A stretch of DNA of 48,531 nt, counting the filler, from Bipalium vagum (taxonomy: Eukaryota): assembly GCA_037834085.1 (NCBI GenBank). It is 3 parts of 3 records of this genome, joined end to end, with 100 filler letters (N's around TTAATTAATTAA, not from the genome) between each part and the next. Parts side by side here need not be neighbours in the genome. Positions count along the whole stretch, not along the records: positions 32,476 to 48,531 come from JBBMKC010129549.1; 2 more parts are not named here. One strand, given 5' to 3'. The position numbers were made by a program, and so were the translations under genes. The notes beneath the pieces were generated by a model. The model ran no database searches. It saw only the letters and a program-made list of their open reading frames with translations, and had not been told where the DNA came from. Shown here piece by piece: positions 37,887 through 48,531 of this stretch (position 1 is its first letter; the number at the start of each line of letters is the position of its first letter).

Positions 37887-39767
37887 TTCTCTCGTGTGTC
37901 TTCTCGCTTGGAATTTTTATTTTTTGGTGGTATAATTCGAGTTCAAAGCTATTTTCGCATTAAATCGATTTTTTGTGTACGCACGAGTGCATACTTTTGA
38001 TTTTTATAAATCTTTTTTATCTCTTCTTTCAAACAAAGTTTTTTTGCGTAGATATGGTTTACCTATTTGGAATTTTGTAAATATTATTTATCTGTGTACA
38101 TTTTGCGTTTGTTCTCTTTCTATTTTGCATAGATTCATTTTATTTTTAGCATTATTTTAAATCGATTCCCTTAAATGAGAATGGAAAAGGTTTGTCGCCT
38201 TTTCGACGGTTGATTTTTCCGATTTGTTGAGTAAAACAAGATTAATTTTTTGTTTTATTGAAAGTGTGATAAAAGGAACTCCTCGGTGGTTTTTGGATTA
38301 TTTCTAATCTTGAAATCTTAAACTGGTGCATGAAAATTGTAGTGATAGAACTAAGACTGTACAAATGTTATAAATAAATAATCAATTGTTTTCAATTTAC
38401 TAATTTCTCTTCAAGGAAATTTTGTCTGTATTTATTAATCACCATTCGTTATTTTGTTATTATATGTACATTTGGAATAAAATATAAATATAAATTGGAA
38501 TATAAGGGGTTGTATCATCAAAAGAATTCTTAATATTAAAACTAAATAATGCAGAGTTTAATGAATTGTAGTCCAATTTTGTACGTATCCCGTGTGATCC
38601 ATTTCCTATTTATATTATTGAGAAGAATTATTAAGAAAAAACTAAAAATTCACAAGATCTTATTGTTGGTATTATTTTGATGCCAAAATTAGAAAACGAT
38701 AGGTAGTAATAAGTGATAAATTTAGAACAATATGCCAATTCGATTTCGAGAAATTCATGTTTTATTACCAACGTAAGAAAAATATTTAATGGTAAAATTA
38801 CCTCTACTTGAATGGAACTTATTAACAATTAGTGCCGATATTCGGTTACTAGGAGTGTGAAGAAATAGTGACAGAAACTTCAATTTTCCAGTTCTGACTG
38901 CGATAGGGAGTACAGTATTCTCAAGAGAAAACAGTTGATGTGGAGAATTACAATTGGAATATATATATATATTTTTATGCCTGCTGTCATTTCTTATATA
39001 ATATTTTTATTTACTCGCCTTGTATCACCATCTATTGAAAGTCACCTCAGTATTTTAATGAATGAATTAAAAATTACGTTTTATTGATTATATTTAGTAA
39101 GGTTTAGACTAAAGTTTGGAACTTTTCAAATGTCCTGATTGGATTTTAATTTTACTTTTCAGATTTAATATGGAACCCATCTTTTTTATTCTATATAGTC
39201 TTGCCATATGCATCAACTGAAATAGAAAAAAATGCAACATGTCATGGATACACATTTGTTTGAAATTTTTTAATGATTTCTTTTTCTTTATAAGGATTAA
39301 TAAAAAATAATTTTTAACGTATCCTCTAAAATTTAATTAAGAAACCCATTTTCGAGGTTTCCTTGAGAATCAAGATGTACTTACCAAACGCTTAATCTGT
39401 CAAACTTTCAACTTTAGTTTGTAACGCAAACTGTATGAACTCTGTCTCTTACTGAAAAAAAAATTACTAGGATATTTATAACAGGTTGATTGGTGGCTAA
39501 CCTTCCTATTCAACTCTGAAAATAAAAATCTGACTCTAAAAGCGTTATACGATTCACACACTACGATTCAGACTATAACTATGACGTTTAAAGAGATAAA
39601 TAACAATAATAAACCTTATACTTTTTAATTAAAGTAAATAAAAATTTCTCATTTCAGAGATATTGAAGAGTCTCTCTATTTATTACTTCTCATCCGACTA
39701 GTTCGATGATAATATAAATTTAATAAACCAAAAACACAGAAACAAGTAAAAAATTAATTCTTATGTA

Positions 39768-39993
39768 CAGGTTGTCCCATAAGGTACAACAAATTTTATA
39801 AAAGGAAGTAATTTAAAAATTTTGATATTTCCAAACTTTATTTACATGTCACAGCAATTATGGGACACAATTATTGTAGTCAACAAAAATTTTGAGTAAT
39901 TCATATATTTAAATCATTATACTAAAAATTATTATTTTTTAAAATATTATTACACTACTCGTTGAAAAAATTAGTAACTTATCAGACAGCCTG
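39768..39993. mobile_element. Tc1/mariner-type MITE (226 bp)
   Basis: TIRs caggttgtcccataaggtac and gtaacttatcagacagcctg, with TA on both sides. Confidence 0.75.
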
Positions 39994-40279
39994 TACTTGT
40001 TTAGTTTTCCTAAAAATTGTTGCAGATCACGGACTTCCAGTTACTGAGAAAGATCTGATACTTCTTTTCTGATTTTGACTTGGTATATCTACTTTTTATG
40101 GTCAGTATGATTCTATGTAATACTCGAACAAAAAAACCATTCCTGTTACCATACACCTCAGTCATGTCTGTTCGAGCTGAATCCTGACATGATCACCATA
40201 CAATTATAATTTATAAACTATATTGAACTTAATATAACATAATATTTTCCAAATTACTTATTTAATTTTATAAAGATCT

Positions 40280-40805
40280 TATAACGCCACAGCAAAAAAA
40301 CATCTTGTGGTAACATCGAAGCTTGCAACTTATACGACATCATCCAGATTTCTTTAATCGATTTATAACTTGGTTATATTATGCAAACCTGCTTGATAAA
40401 CTGTTCCAACATATTTGTGAGAAACGTCCAGATCTGTCGAGCAAAAAAAACTTTTTTATACCTCCTACTCACACATCTAAAGTTTCAATCGATAAATTAA
40501 AATGTTGCACTTTATATTTCTTCCACACCCACCTTATTCTCTAGATCTGGTCCCGTCAGATTTTTTTTCTCTTCAGAAACCTGAAGAAATTTCTCACTGA
40601 ACAAAGATTTTCGTGAAATAGTAAGGAGATGTGTCTAGGTATTTTGTCGACCTTGATAAATTGGCCTACAACAATGACACCAAAGATTTTTATAAACATT
40701 TAATAAAGTGTAAAGCTTGTAGGAGACTACATTGAAAAATAAATTGTTTTTATCTTTTGATTTTATTGTTTTCTTATTTATTCACCGAACTTTTGAACAC
40801 ACCAT
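40280..40805 (+). mobile_element. Degenerate mariner 3' part
   Basis: HPPYSLDLVPSDFFLFRNLKKFL at ~40525-40595; decayed C-terminus and TIR-like end near 40800. Confidence 0.7.
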
Positions 40806-40861
40806 TATATAGTAATTATTACACAATTTTGAATAATTAAACTCCATTGATTATTCGTTGA

Positions 40862-42274
40862 TGTTAATATTAATCGGTTTGTAATCAGAATTAGAAGTAA
40901 TTTTTAATAGATTTATTTTTTCAGACCTGGAAATTTCTTTTTTTATTAAATTATTTTAAAATTATTTTAAAAAAAATTATTTTAAAATTTAAAATTATTT
41001 TATTAATTTTCTCGAGTAAATTTTCGATTTCTAGTATACGGCTTCCATTAGCTCCCTTACAAGTGGAGCTTTATCTTTTGGGTACACTGATGCATTCTCA
41101 CATTCTTCTCTGATGCAATCTCCTTCCGATATCACATCAATATTTTCACTAACCACATTAATTCTTTTACTTCCATTCATCTCCTGATTACGTTCGTAAA
41201 AATTCCTGTTTCTTCTCTGACCTCTATTTAGATTTGAGTAGCACTCAGAAGCTTGGTGACCATTTCTTCCACACTTTTGAAAGTTATAAACTGTACAATT
41301 CCGCCGTATGTGTCCTGCTTTTCCATATCCAAAACATGTAGGAATTCTCTTCTCTGGACAGTCTTAGCTTATATGCCCGACTTTTTTACACGTCCAACAT
41401 TCTATTTTTCTTCTTGTTGGGCCATCGTTTGTCATTCTTGCAAAAGGTCTAGGAACACGTAAAGGTCTGGTCTGACTTGCTCTGCAACAGGTCGAATCTT
41501 ATAACCTGTTCCCTGTCTCCGTACATTTTTGTATCTACCGTTCCTGGCTACGTCTCTGTAGGTCCTGATGGTATTAATCTGATCAGACTATTTCTATCGA
41601 ATTCCATCCATTAATTTAATTAGATCTTCAATTTCTTCAATACTTCCTAACTTCCTCAATTCGATCTCCTTCTCGATTTTTGGATCATTTATGTATCTAA
41701 TTAGCGCTTTTTTCAAAAGGCTTTACTTTGTCATTACATGTGACAAGACATTTTCCACCATCTTATGGACGTTCTCCAGAAAATTGTCCACAGCATTGGC
41801 TCCTCTACGATAGTTGATTAACCTTTCCAAATTACCCATCATATTTTTTGATTTGGAAAAGGCCAATCGCAATCTTCTTTCAAATCCACAAACTATTCCG
41901 GCCGTGCTTTCATATTTTTCTACTCAATCTAAGTCTAATAGACAATAAACCAGGGTTTCCCTTATTTTCACTAGTGTTTCTTTCACGGTGAAATACCTTA
42001 TGCATTGCGCGATCAATTTTTCAACATCGTCATCCTTTCAGAACGTTTTTGGTTGGAGACGTTCAGTGACCGTGTCCGAGTCCGTCATGGCTTCCATGTT
42101 AATATCAATCAGTTTGTAATCAGAATTAAAAGTCATTTTTAAAAGATTTATTGAGTTTAAACAAATTTTCTCAGACCTAGAAATTCCTTTTTTTATAAAA
42201 TTTTAAAAATAAGTTTATTTTAAAAATTTCATTCATACTTTTTAAATATTTTTAAAAATTCTCCAGGTCTGACA
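40862..42274 (-). mobile_element. LTR retroelement remnant carrying only a decayed gag between two LTR copies
   Basis: 5' LTR 42274-42097 (TGTCAGA...TTAACA on minus strand) directly followed by TGG (PBS-like). gag starts MTDSDTVTERLQPKTF; two Zn-knuckle remnants CFGYGKAGHIRRNC and KCGRNGHQASEC. Second LTR copy ~41030-40862 ends TTAACA. Confidence 0.75.
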
Positions 42275-42719
42275 AGCCTCCTCATAGTTAACAAGCTGGA
42301 CACCTACAGCTGTTCATAATTGTTAGAAATCAGATTTATATGGCTCTTAAAACCCAGATACTCAAAATATTACTACAAAATCGCGCTAATTTTAGTATTA
42401 CAAGTTAAAATAAATAAAATTTTTCAATAATTCAAATTTTTATTGTCATGTGCAATTACTTTAACTTTAAAATTTTCAGATAAAAAGATCTATGATTATC
42501 TAAAAAATCATTTTATGTATAAAGCTTCACACCGACCAAATATTTTGTGGCATATTTCAAAAATATCAAAATTTCTAGAGATACAGCTTCTTCAATTTTG
42601 TTTTTATTCTCTTGTTTTCAAGATAATGTATTTGAAACACTTTTTATTAATTAGAAGCCACTATATTTTATTGAAAATCAACAAAAATTTAATGAATATT
42701 GCACATTTTTTTCTTTTAT

Positions 42720-43720
42720 ATGACTAAATGCTTCCTCCACATTGCTCATAGAATTAACCGAATTAACTAACAATGTTACCTTCTTTTCAACTTCATCTTT
42801 AAGCATGCAAAATTTGTTCTAATGTAAAGGAAATTTTTTTAAATACCATTTAATAAAGAGTTCTTGTGCTTGTTTAACCGTAATTGAATCTTCACTTGCA
42901 AATTCAAAATTTATTTCTTTTAAAATTGAAATGTTCTCAAAATAAACTACTGCGTCTAACCATGTACCTCATATAGTTATTATTTATTACGGTAGAAGTT
43001 TTAAAGTTGGAGCAAGCTATTTAAAATTTTCTAGGAAGATTTGGAAAATAGTTTCTTCATGCTGCTAATTAAGCGGTCTACATTCGGAAACAATTTCCTT
43101 ATCTGTTCGCATAGATTATACAAACCATGAACAAAACATGTTACGTGAATCAGATTTGTAAAAGGCGTGTTAAATTAGAGATGTTTTGCTTATATAGGGG
43201 TCCGCAAAAAAAATTTCGTTTTTACAAAATTATATTTTTATTATAAATTAATAAATAATTATATTTTGAGTTGTATGTTTTATGCTTTTGTAGTATAATA
43301 AATAATTTAGAAAAACCGAAGTTTTTTTGCGGACCCCTATACATGGTGCTAAATCATTTACAATCAAAAATACATTTTCTCTCGTTCTACAACATTAACC
43401 ATAACAATAGCATGGATGTATCAAATAAACTATAAGTTGATATATGATATATTTCTCGATAACTTCGGTTGTTATTAGAAATATATATTTTTCAAATGTT
43501 TCTGATAACATCCCAAGGACAAGATCAGAAACAAAACGTCTAGCAATATCAGTTATCTTATCGATTGATTTATTTTCCTGCATGCTTTTTTTTAAAAAGA
43601 GAAATTGTCTTATTATACCATTATTCAAAATTATTCCTTCGTACAGTTGATTCATTGTGAATTGTCTTTTTTGTGTAATTTGTTAAAAATTTCGAAATCT
43701 TACGCATCGTAACTAACATA
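42720..43720 (-). mobile_element. Degenerate hAT-like transposase remnant
   Basis: Minus strand gives SIDKITDIARRFVSDLVLG (cf. SIDETTD), VNDLAP/Y (cf. TDAAPY), HVTCFVHGL (CxxH) and I*GTWLDAVVY (cf. TRWGTW). Confidence 0.7.
43195..43339. mobile_element. MITE (145 bp) nested in the hAT-like remnant
   Basis: Near-perfect TIRs taggggtccgcaaaaaaa and tttttttgcggaccccta, flanked by TA. Confidence 0.85.
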
Positions 43721-45229
43721 AATAAGTACGAGATTATGAATCCCTTGGATTATATAAAGATTTTCTTTTTTTGCTCCTTCACTTCTCACATATATACCTT
43801 TTTTATATGTGATCGCTTAGGAGGATTGCAAGCCAATATTCTCTTACTAGAGAAAAAATGAGCAATAGAGATAGTGGATTCTTTTTCTTCATCTTTTTAC
43901 TACATTTGTTATCAATATAGAGCCATGTTTCCAAGTATAACATTTATTTAAATCAATTAATATTTAAAATTTTCACTTGTACTAAATATTTTTAATTGTG
44001 CATAAAAAATTATCTTTCATTGATACACTGTAAGAAAACTTTCTCAACATAAGTTCCTTCAATTTACAAACAGTACCCTAAGCGATCTCAAGGAACTTTA
44101 AATTGATTTATAATTTTTGTTACTGAAAATCTTTATATATATACTTTCTAATGTCATGGAAAAATATATTATTAAATATTATTAATTTCTATTGTATGAT
44201 ATTTTAATATGAAACCATTTTATAGAAAGATATTTTGACTTCGTATTGCATTGTTCCATACTTGACAAAATCAGCTTGAGTAAAAATAAACCCGGACATG
44301 AAAAATATTATAATATAAATAAGCATTTATTGTGAACTACTCAAATAGAATTTTCATAAAAAGGTAACTAGAAATACATTTCTTATGTAATTCGGTATTT
44401 GGAATAACAATAATTTTATTAGACAATTAATAACTTCAATGAGTGTCAAACACCACCGAATTAAAATTCATTCAGGCGTAAAACCATCTTGTTATAACTA
44501 AGCCCATGGTAAAGGGAATTTTTCTAAAATTAAATCAATAATGGAAGAGTGGAGCAAAACATTCTTTTGTTTCCTACAAACGTGGTTGATACTGACTGAT
44601 CTTAACAATTCTACAGGTATACAAATTATTATTATTTACAATTATCTCCATGGCTAACTAAAACAATGTCTTTACTATGAAATTGGTTCTTTTCTGCTTT
44701 CATTATTTTGAAAATTTCATATAGTAAGAACATATGCAACCAACAATTCTAATAATAACGTTTTTGAAATTATTTTATTTTTATTCTTGTCAAGACAGTT
44801 CAAATAAATCCTATTCAAAACCTTCAACGAACAACTATATGGTGAGCATTAATTATTAATTATTATTTGACAATATTTATTATCAAAAATTATGATTTTG
44901 AATGAATTATATTCTCAGGGTAATGAAACTAAGGCAATTAAAATTTAAGAATATCTTATATTTTTTAAAATTATTTATATCTTTAACAATTATTTTATCT
45001 TATTAATTCCTACACATTTAACTTTTAAATAACTTTATTAAAAGTTTAAAATTATATTTATATGTGGGCTCCTTGGAAAATTTATGGAATCGGGTACTTT
45101 AATCATATTCGCGTTTTATAATTGACTTAATCATAAAATTAAACATTGAATTACTAAGATCATTTGAATAAATCTATATTAATGAATTTTTTTTAAACAG
45201 GTAAACTTTTGAAATATGATTTTTAAATA

Positions 45230-45960
45230 AAAAAGAAAATTTCACGGAGAAATATTTGTTCGATGATTTACGTTGATTTTAAATCAGGTCTTACTCAGAA
45301 GAAATGTCTAGATTGATTTAACTTATACATTTGGAATAGAGAACCATTAAAAATAGTTCTCAGATTTCTAGCGTGGACACAAAATTCTAGAGAACGAATC
45401 TCCTGAGGGTCGTCAATAAACCTCCAATTTAATCACCAATATTAATGATAATGAAATTATGATTGTCATATCCACTTTTATTGGCATGAAAGCAAGAAGA
45501 TAGCAACAAAGCTTCGCAGTCGTTGGATTTTAGACTCTTTGACATCTGAAAAAGAATCCCGTATTAACTGGTGGCAAAAATTTCTCCATAAATTTAAAGA
45601 GTTCGTTCCAATTTAATTTTAAAAATCTTAAATTATGAAAGGTGGATTTATTTGTAATATTCTGAAAATAAGCAACATTCCACAGTTTGGAAGGTGAATG
45701 CTCCAAAAAAAAATTACCAATTTCTTCGGTTTAAAAGGATATGCAGCAACTTAAACTTTAGAGAATTAAAGACAATGGTGAATGACATAGAACAGTTTGT
45801 TGGTGACTTTCTAAATTAAAGAAAACAGTCGAAATCATCAAAATATTCTTCATGATGACAATGCCACCACTAAAAAGGCCCGGGAAAATCATCAATTTCG
45901 TAACCACTAAAAATGTAAAGATAATGCAACTCGTTTTCATGTATAAATTTGAATATTTCT
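45230..45960 (+). mobile_element. Degenerate mariner
   Basis: MIYVDFKSGLTQKKCLD (N-terminal HTH) and ILHDDNA (second catalytic Asp motif). Confidence 0.6.
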
Positions 45961-46229
45961 TTCCCCCTAGTTATATTTGATTTTTTTAAAGACATTCAAT
46001 TTTTTTTTGAGTACCAAGAGAAGACTGTAGCTGACTAACCATGATATTCAGTCATGTCTAATAAGAGATAAATCTGATGAATATACTGATCAAGCTATTA
46101 TTTTCACACCTGATTCTTATAAAACCTTTGCTGTTATACAAGCAGTATGTGATCTCATATTGCTTCCTTAAATACTACTGCTAGAGTTGTTTACATTAAT
46201 AAAATTAATAAAAATTAGATAAAGTCAAT

Positions 46230-46625
46230 TCGGTAATCAAAAAGACTTGGCCTTCATATGTAATCAGAAAAGTAATATTGTTCCAACAAGATAACGCCAA
46301 GCCACATACGTACGGTAGCCTGACAGACTTTGTTGAACACTTTTGAAACATGCCTCTTATTTTCTGAACAAAGCCCCTTCAGATTATTACCTATTTGGAT
46401 GTTTGCAGAATATGACACTAAATTCAAATCGAGTGATGAAACCATTTTAAAAGTTCAATCTTTTCTAAGTTAAGCGTTGGGAGCAGATTGTAAAGAACAA
46501 TGGTACATATATTTTAGACTAAATGGTTTCTGTCATATTAACTGTAATACATGTAATATTTTCAATAAAAAATTTAACTAACATTTAATTTTAATTTTTC
46601 CGAGAATGTTTTTGTTACCAAATAT
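46230..46625 (+). mobile_element. Mariner 3' fragment
   Basis: VILFQQDNAKPH and RWEQIVKNNGTYILD*. Confidence 0.7.
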
Positions 46626-46808
46626 ATTGACATCCACCAATCACCGGTCAAATCTACTTTTTGCTCCCTTTTCTTCGATTATGGGAGTGTTGGATTACTT
46701 TTCTTTGACCTTGATTTGAATTAACGAATGATTCCATCCCCGGGGTTGGGAGTCTTCATAAAATGTATGAATGTTTTCACTGTTTTGATAATTATTATAT
46801 CTTCCTAA

Positions 46809-46832
46809 TATATATATATATATATATATATA
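46809..46832. repeat. (TA)n microsatellite
   Basis: Direct reading. Confidence 0.9.
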
Positions 46833-47376
46833 CCTATATCTGGTATGAAAAAGTTAGATTTATTTTTCAGTTTTAGAATAATACTTTATTTTAACATGCT
46901 CATGATATTTTTGGTATTTCAGAGAAACGGTAGCATTGGGTTTGTTATTTGAATTCTATATTCAACAAAAATCTTAATAATAATTAGTTAGAAATAATTT
47001 TAAATCAAACTGCTCGATCGAGAAATCTTTTGAATGCAATATAGTCTGACAATGATCTGAGTGTTGGCCATAATAAAATTTTCAATACTTATACGATATC
47101 ATAGATACTTTGTATTACTTGGTTAAATGAAATAAATATCCATGCAAATATCGTAATTGCATTCAAGATTTTAATTTTTATTATATCCAATCACAAGTGA
47201 TTTTTTTCCATCGTAATATTTATTTTCAAATATTACCAATGAAATAGGAACACCCGAAAAGGTATAAAAATCGAGTTCATTTATCAAACATTTTCAACAG
47301 CCAACTTGTCGATTTTCATTAGAGGGCAAACTTACAATCCTGGTACTTCAATAGGATTATATAGGTATTATATATA

Positions 47377-48531
47377 CAGGGTGCGTCAGCTATTTGAGGA
47401 CAAAAATTAATATTAATGGTAAGTAATGCTTTTAATGAAAAGAATGTATATTTTTAATTAATATTAGAAACTTTATTTTTTTTAAGTACACAAGCTTTAT
47501 TTATTCAATAAAATCTCCTTCAGTGTCAATTACAGCTTCTGAAAAGCTTACAAGCCGCGATCAATTGGTTTTTGTATATGTTTATTATAGCAGAACATAT
47601 AGAAGCCCGTAATGAACCTTTGGTATTATGAGGATGTTTGTTCTTCTCTATGACGTCTCATACGAAATAGTCCAAAGGATTTAAATCGGATGAGCTAGGT
47701 GGCCATAAGTTGGAGTGACATGGTCGTTAAAATTAGCGATAGCCATTTTTGTGTTTTTAATGCTGTATGACAGGGAGCTAGGTCTTATTAGAACGCATAA
47801 GGCCTTCCGTGGGCAACTTTTTCAATCCAGGACTTCACATACGTATTCAGACTCTGGATGTAAAGAAATACATTAATTCTAAGTCCCTGTAGAAAGAAAT
47901 ACAGAGGTATAACATGACCTTCGTTGCTCACAACACCCAATATCATTAAAGAGGATGGAAACTTGCTGTGCATAACATTAGGGACTTCAGAAGGACTGGA
48001 GCACAACCATCAATCGTTCCTCCTATTAACCTTTTGATCTTGAGTAAAAAGTTTTTCATCAGAAAAGAACCATAGCATGTTTGGATGATCAGGATGCTTG
48101 ATTTTGTTCAAAAGAGACATCAAGCGGATTAAACGATTTTCTTTGTTTTTTGCCGATACAAAATGTTTTTCTCATGACGTAGGACTTGCATTTGAAATCA
48201 TTGTGTACTGTTCGTCTTACTGTTGACTCAGAAACCAATAATCGATGGGCAATTTCTCTTATTGATGTTCCGGGACTTTCATGAACAACATCCTGAATTT
48301 TATGAACAAAATTAACATTTCTGACAATTTGTGAACGTGAGGAATGTTTTTCTTTTAGATATAGAGGAAACATTTAGATCAGATGCCAATCTAATTTTAT
48401 TGACAACCGATCTGGTCACATTAAGAAATTTGGAAATTTCTAAGACAGTGTCCAGCGGCTAATGCAACAATAACTGCATGCCTTTTCATTTCTTGTGTTA
48501 ATTCAAAAGTTATCTCTTCCATTTCTAAATT
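47377..48531 (-). mobile_element. Tc1/mariner superfamily element, maT/DD37D-like, inactivated; 5' end beyond window
   Basis: TA-CAGGGTG TIR at 47377. Minus strand gives PGTSIREIAHRLLVSESTVRR (HTH), FSDEKLF, SLMILGVVSNEG, decayed QDxAPCH and PSSSDLNPLDY. Confidence 0.85.

Noticed and set aside
866-46445. Numerous 60-90 aa F/I/L/Y/K-rich ORFs in the track
   Set aside because: Expected by chance in AT-rich intronic and intergenic DNA, often with TTG/GTG starts, or are read-through extensions of real exons or antisense to TEs.

Overview
AT-rich eukaryotic (animal) genomic DNA. The very short GT-AG introns, dense mariner relics and the gene sequences suggest a free-living flatworm such as a triclad planarian, but this is inference. 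The window is three contigs (1-16677, 16778-32375, 32476-48531) joined by artificial 100-nt N/TTAATTAATTAA/N linkers, so adjacency across the gaps is unproven. Contig 1 holds 12 internal exons of a BLTP1/KIAA1109 (tweek/lpd-3) bridge-like lipid transfer gene, with TE-filled large introns. Contig 3 holds a complete 5-exon ABHD17 depalmitoylase gene plus TE debris. Contig 2 holds the most interesting element: a tandem pair of paralogous genes for secreted, Cys-free, ~26-30% tyrosine tandem-repeat proteins. One has 22 x 18/19-aa Arg/His-rich repeats; the other has 10-aa TDRPNYYNY repeats and is cut by the gap. They share an ATG-only first exon, a signal peptide and a conserved promoter containing an identical 28-bp E-box + Su(H)/RBPJ-type composite motif. 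They are candidates for a two-component, DOPA/dityrosine cross-linked secretion (glue, mucus/rhabdite or egg capsule). The rest is mariner/Tc1, pogo, hAT-like, LINE, Gypsy-type LTR and MITE remnants. All calls are from reading the sequence; no database searches were run.
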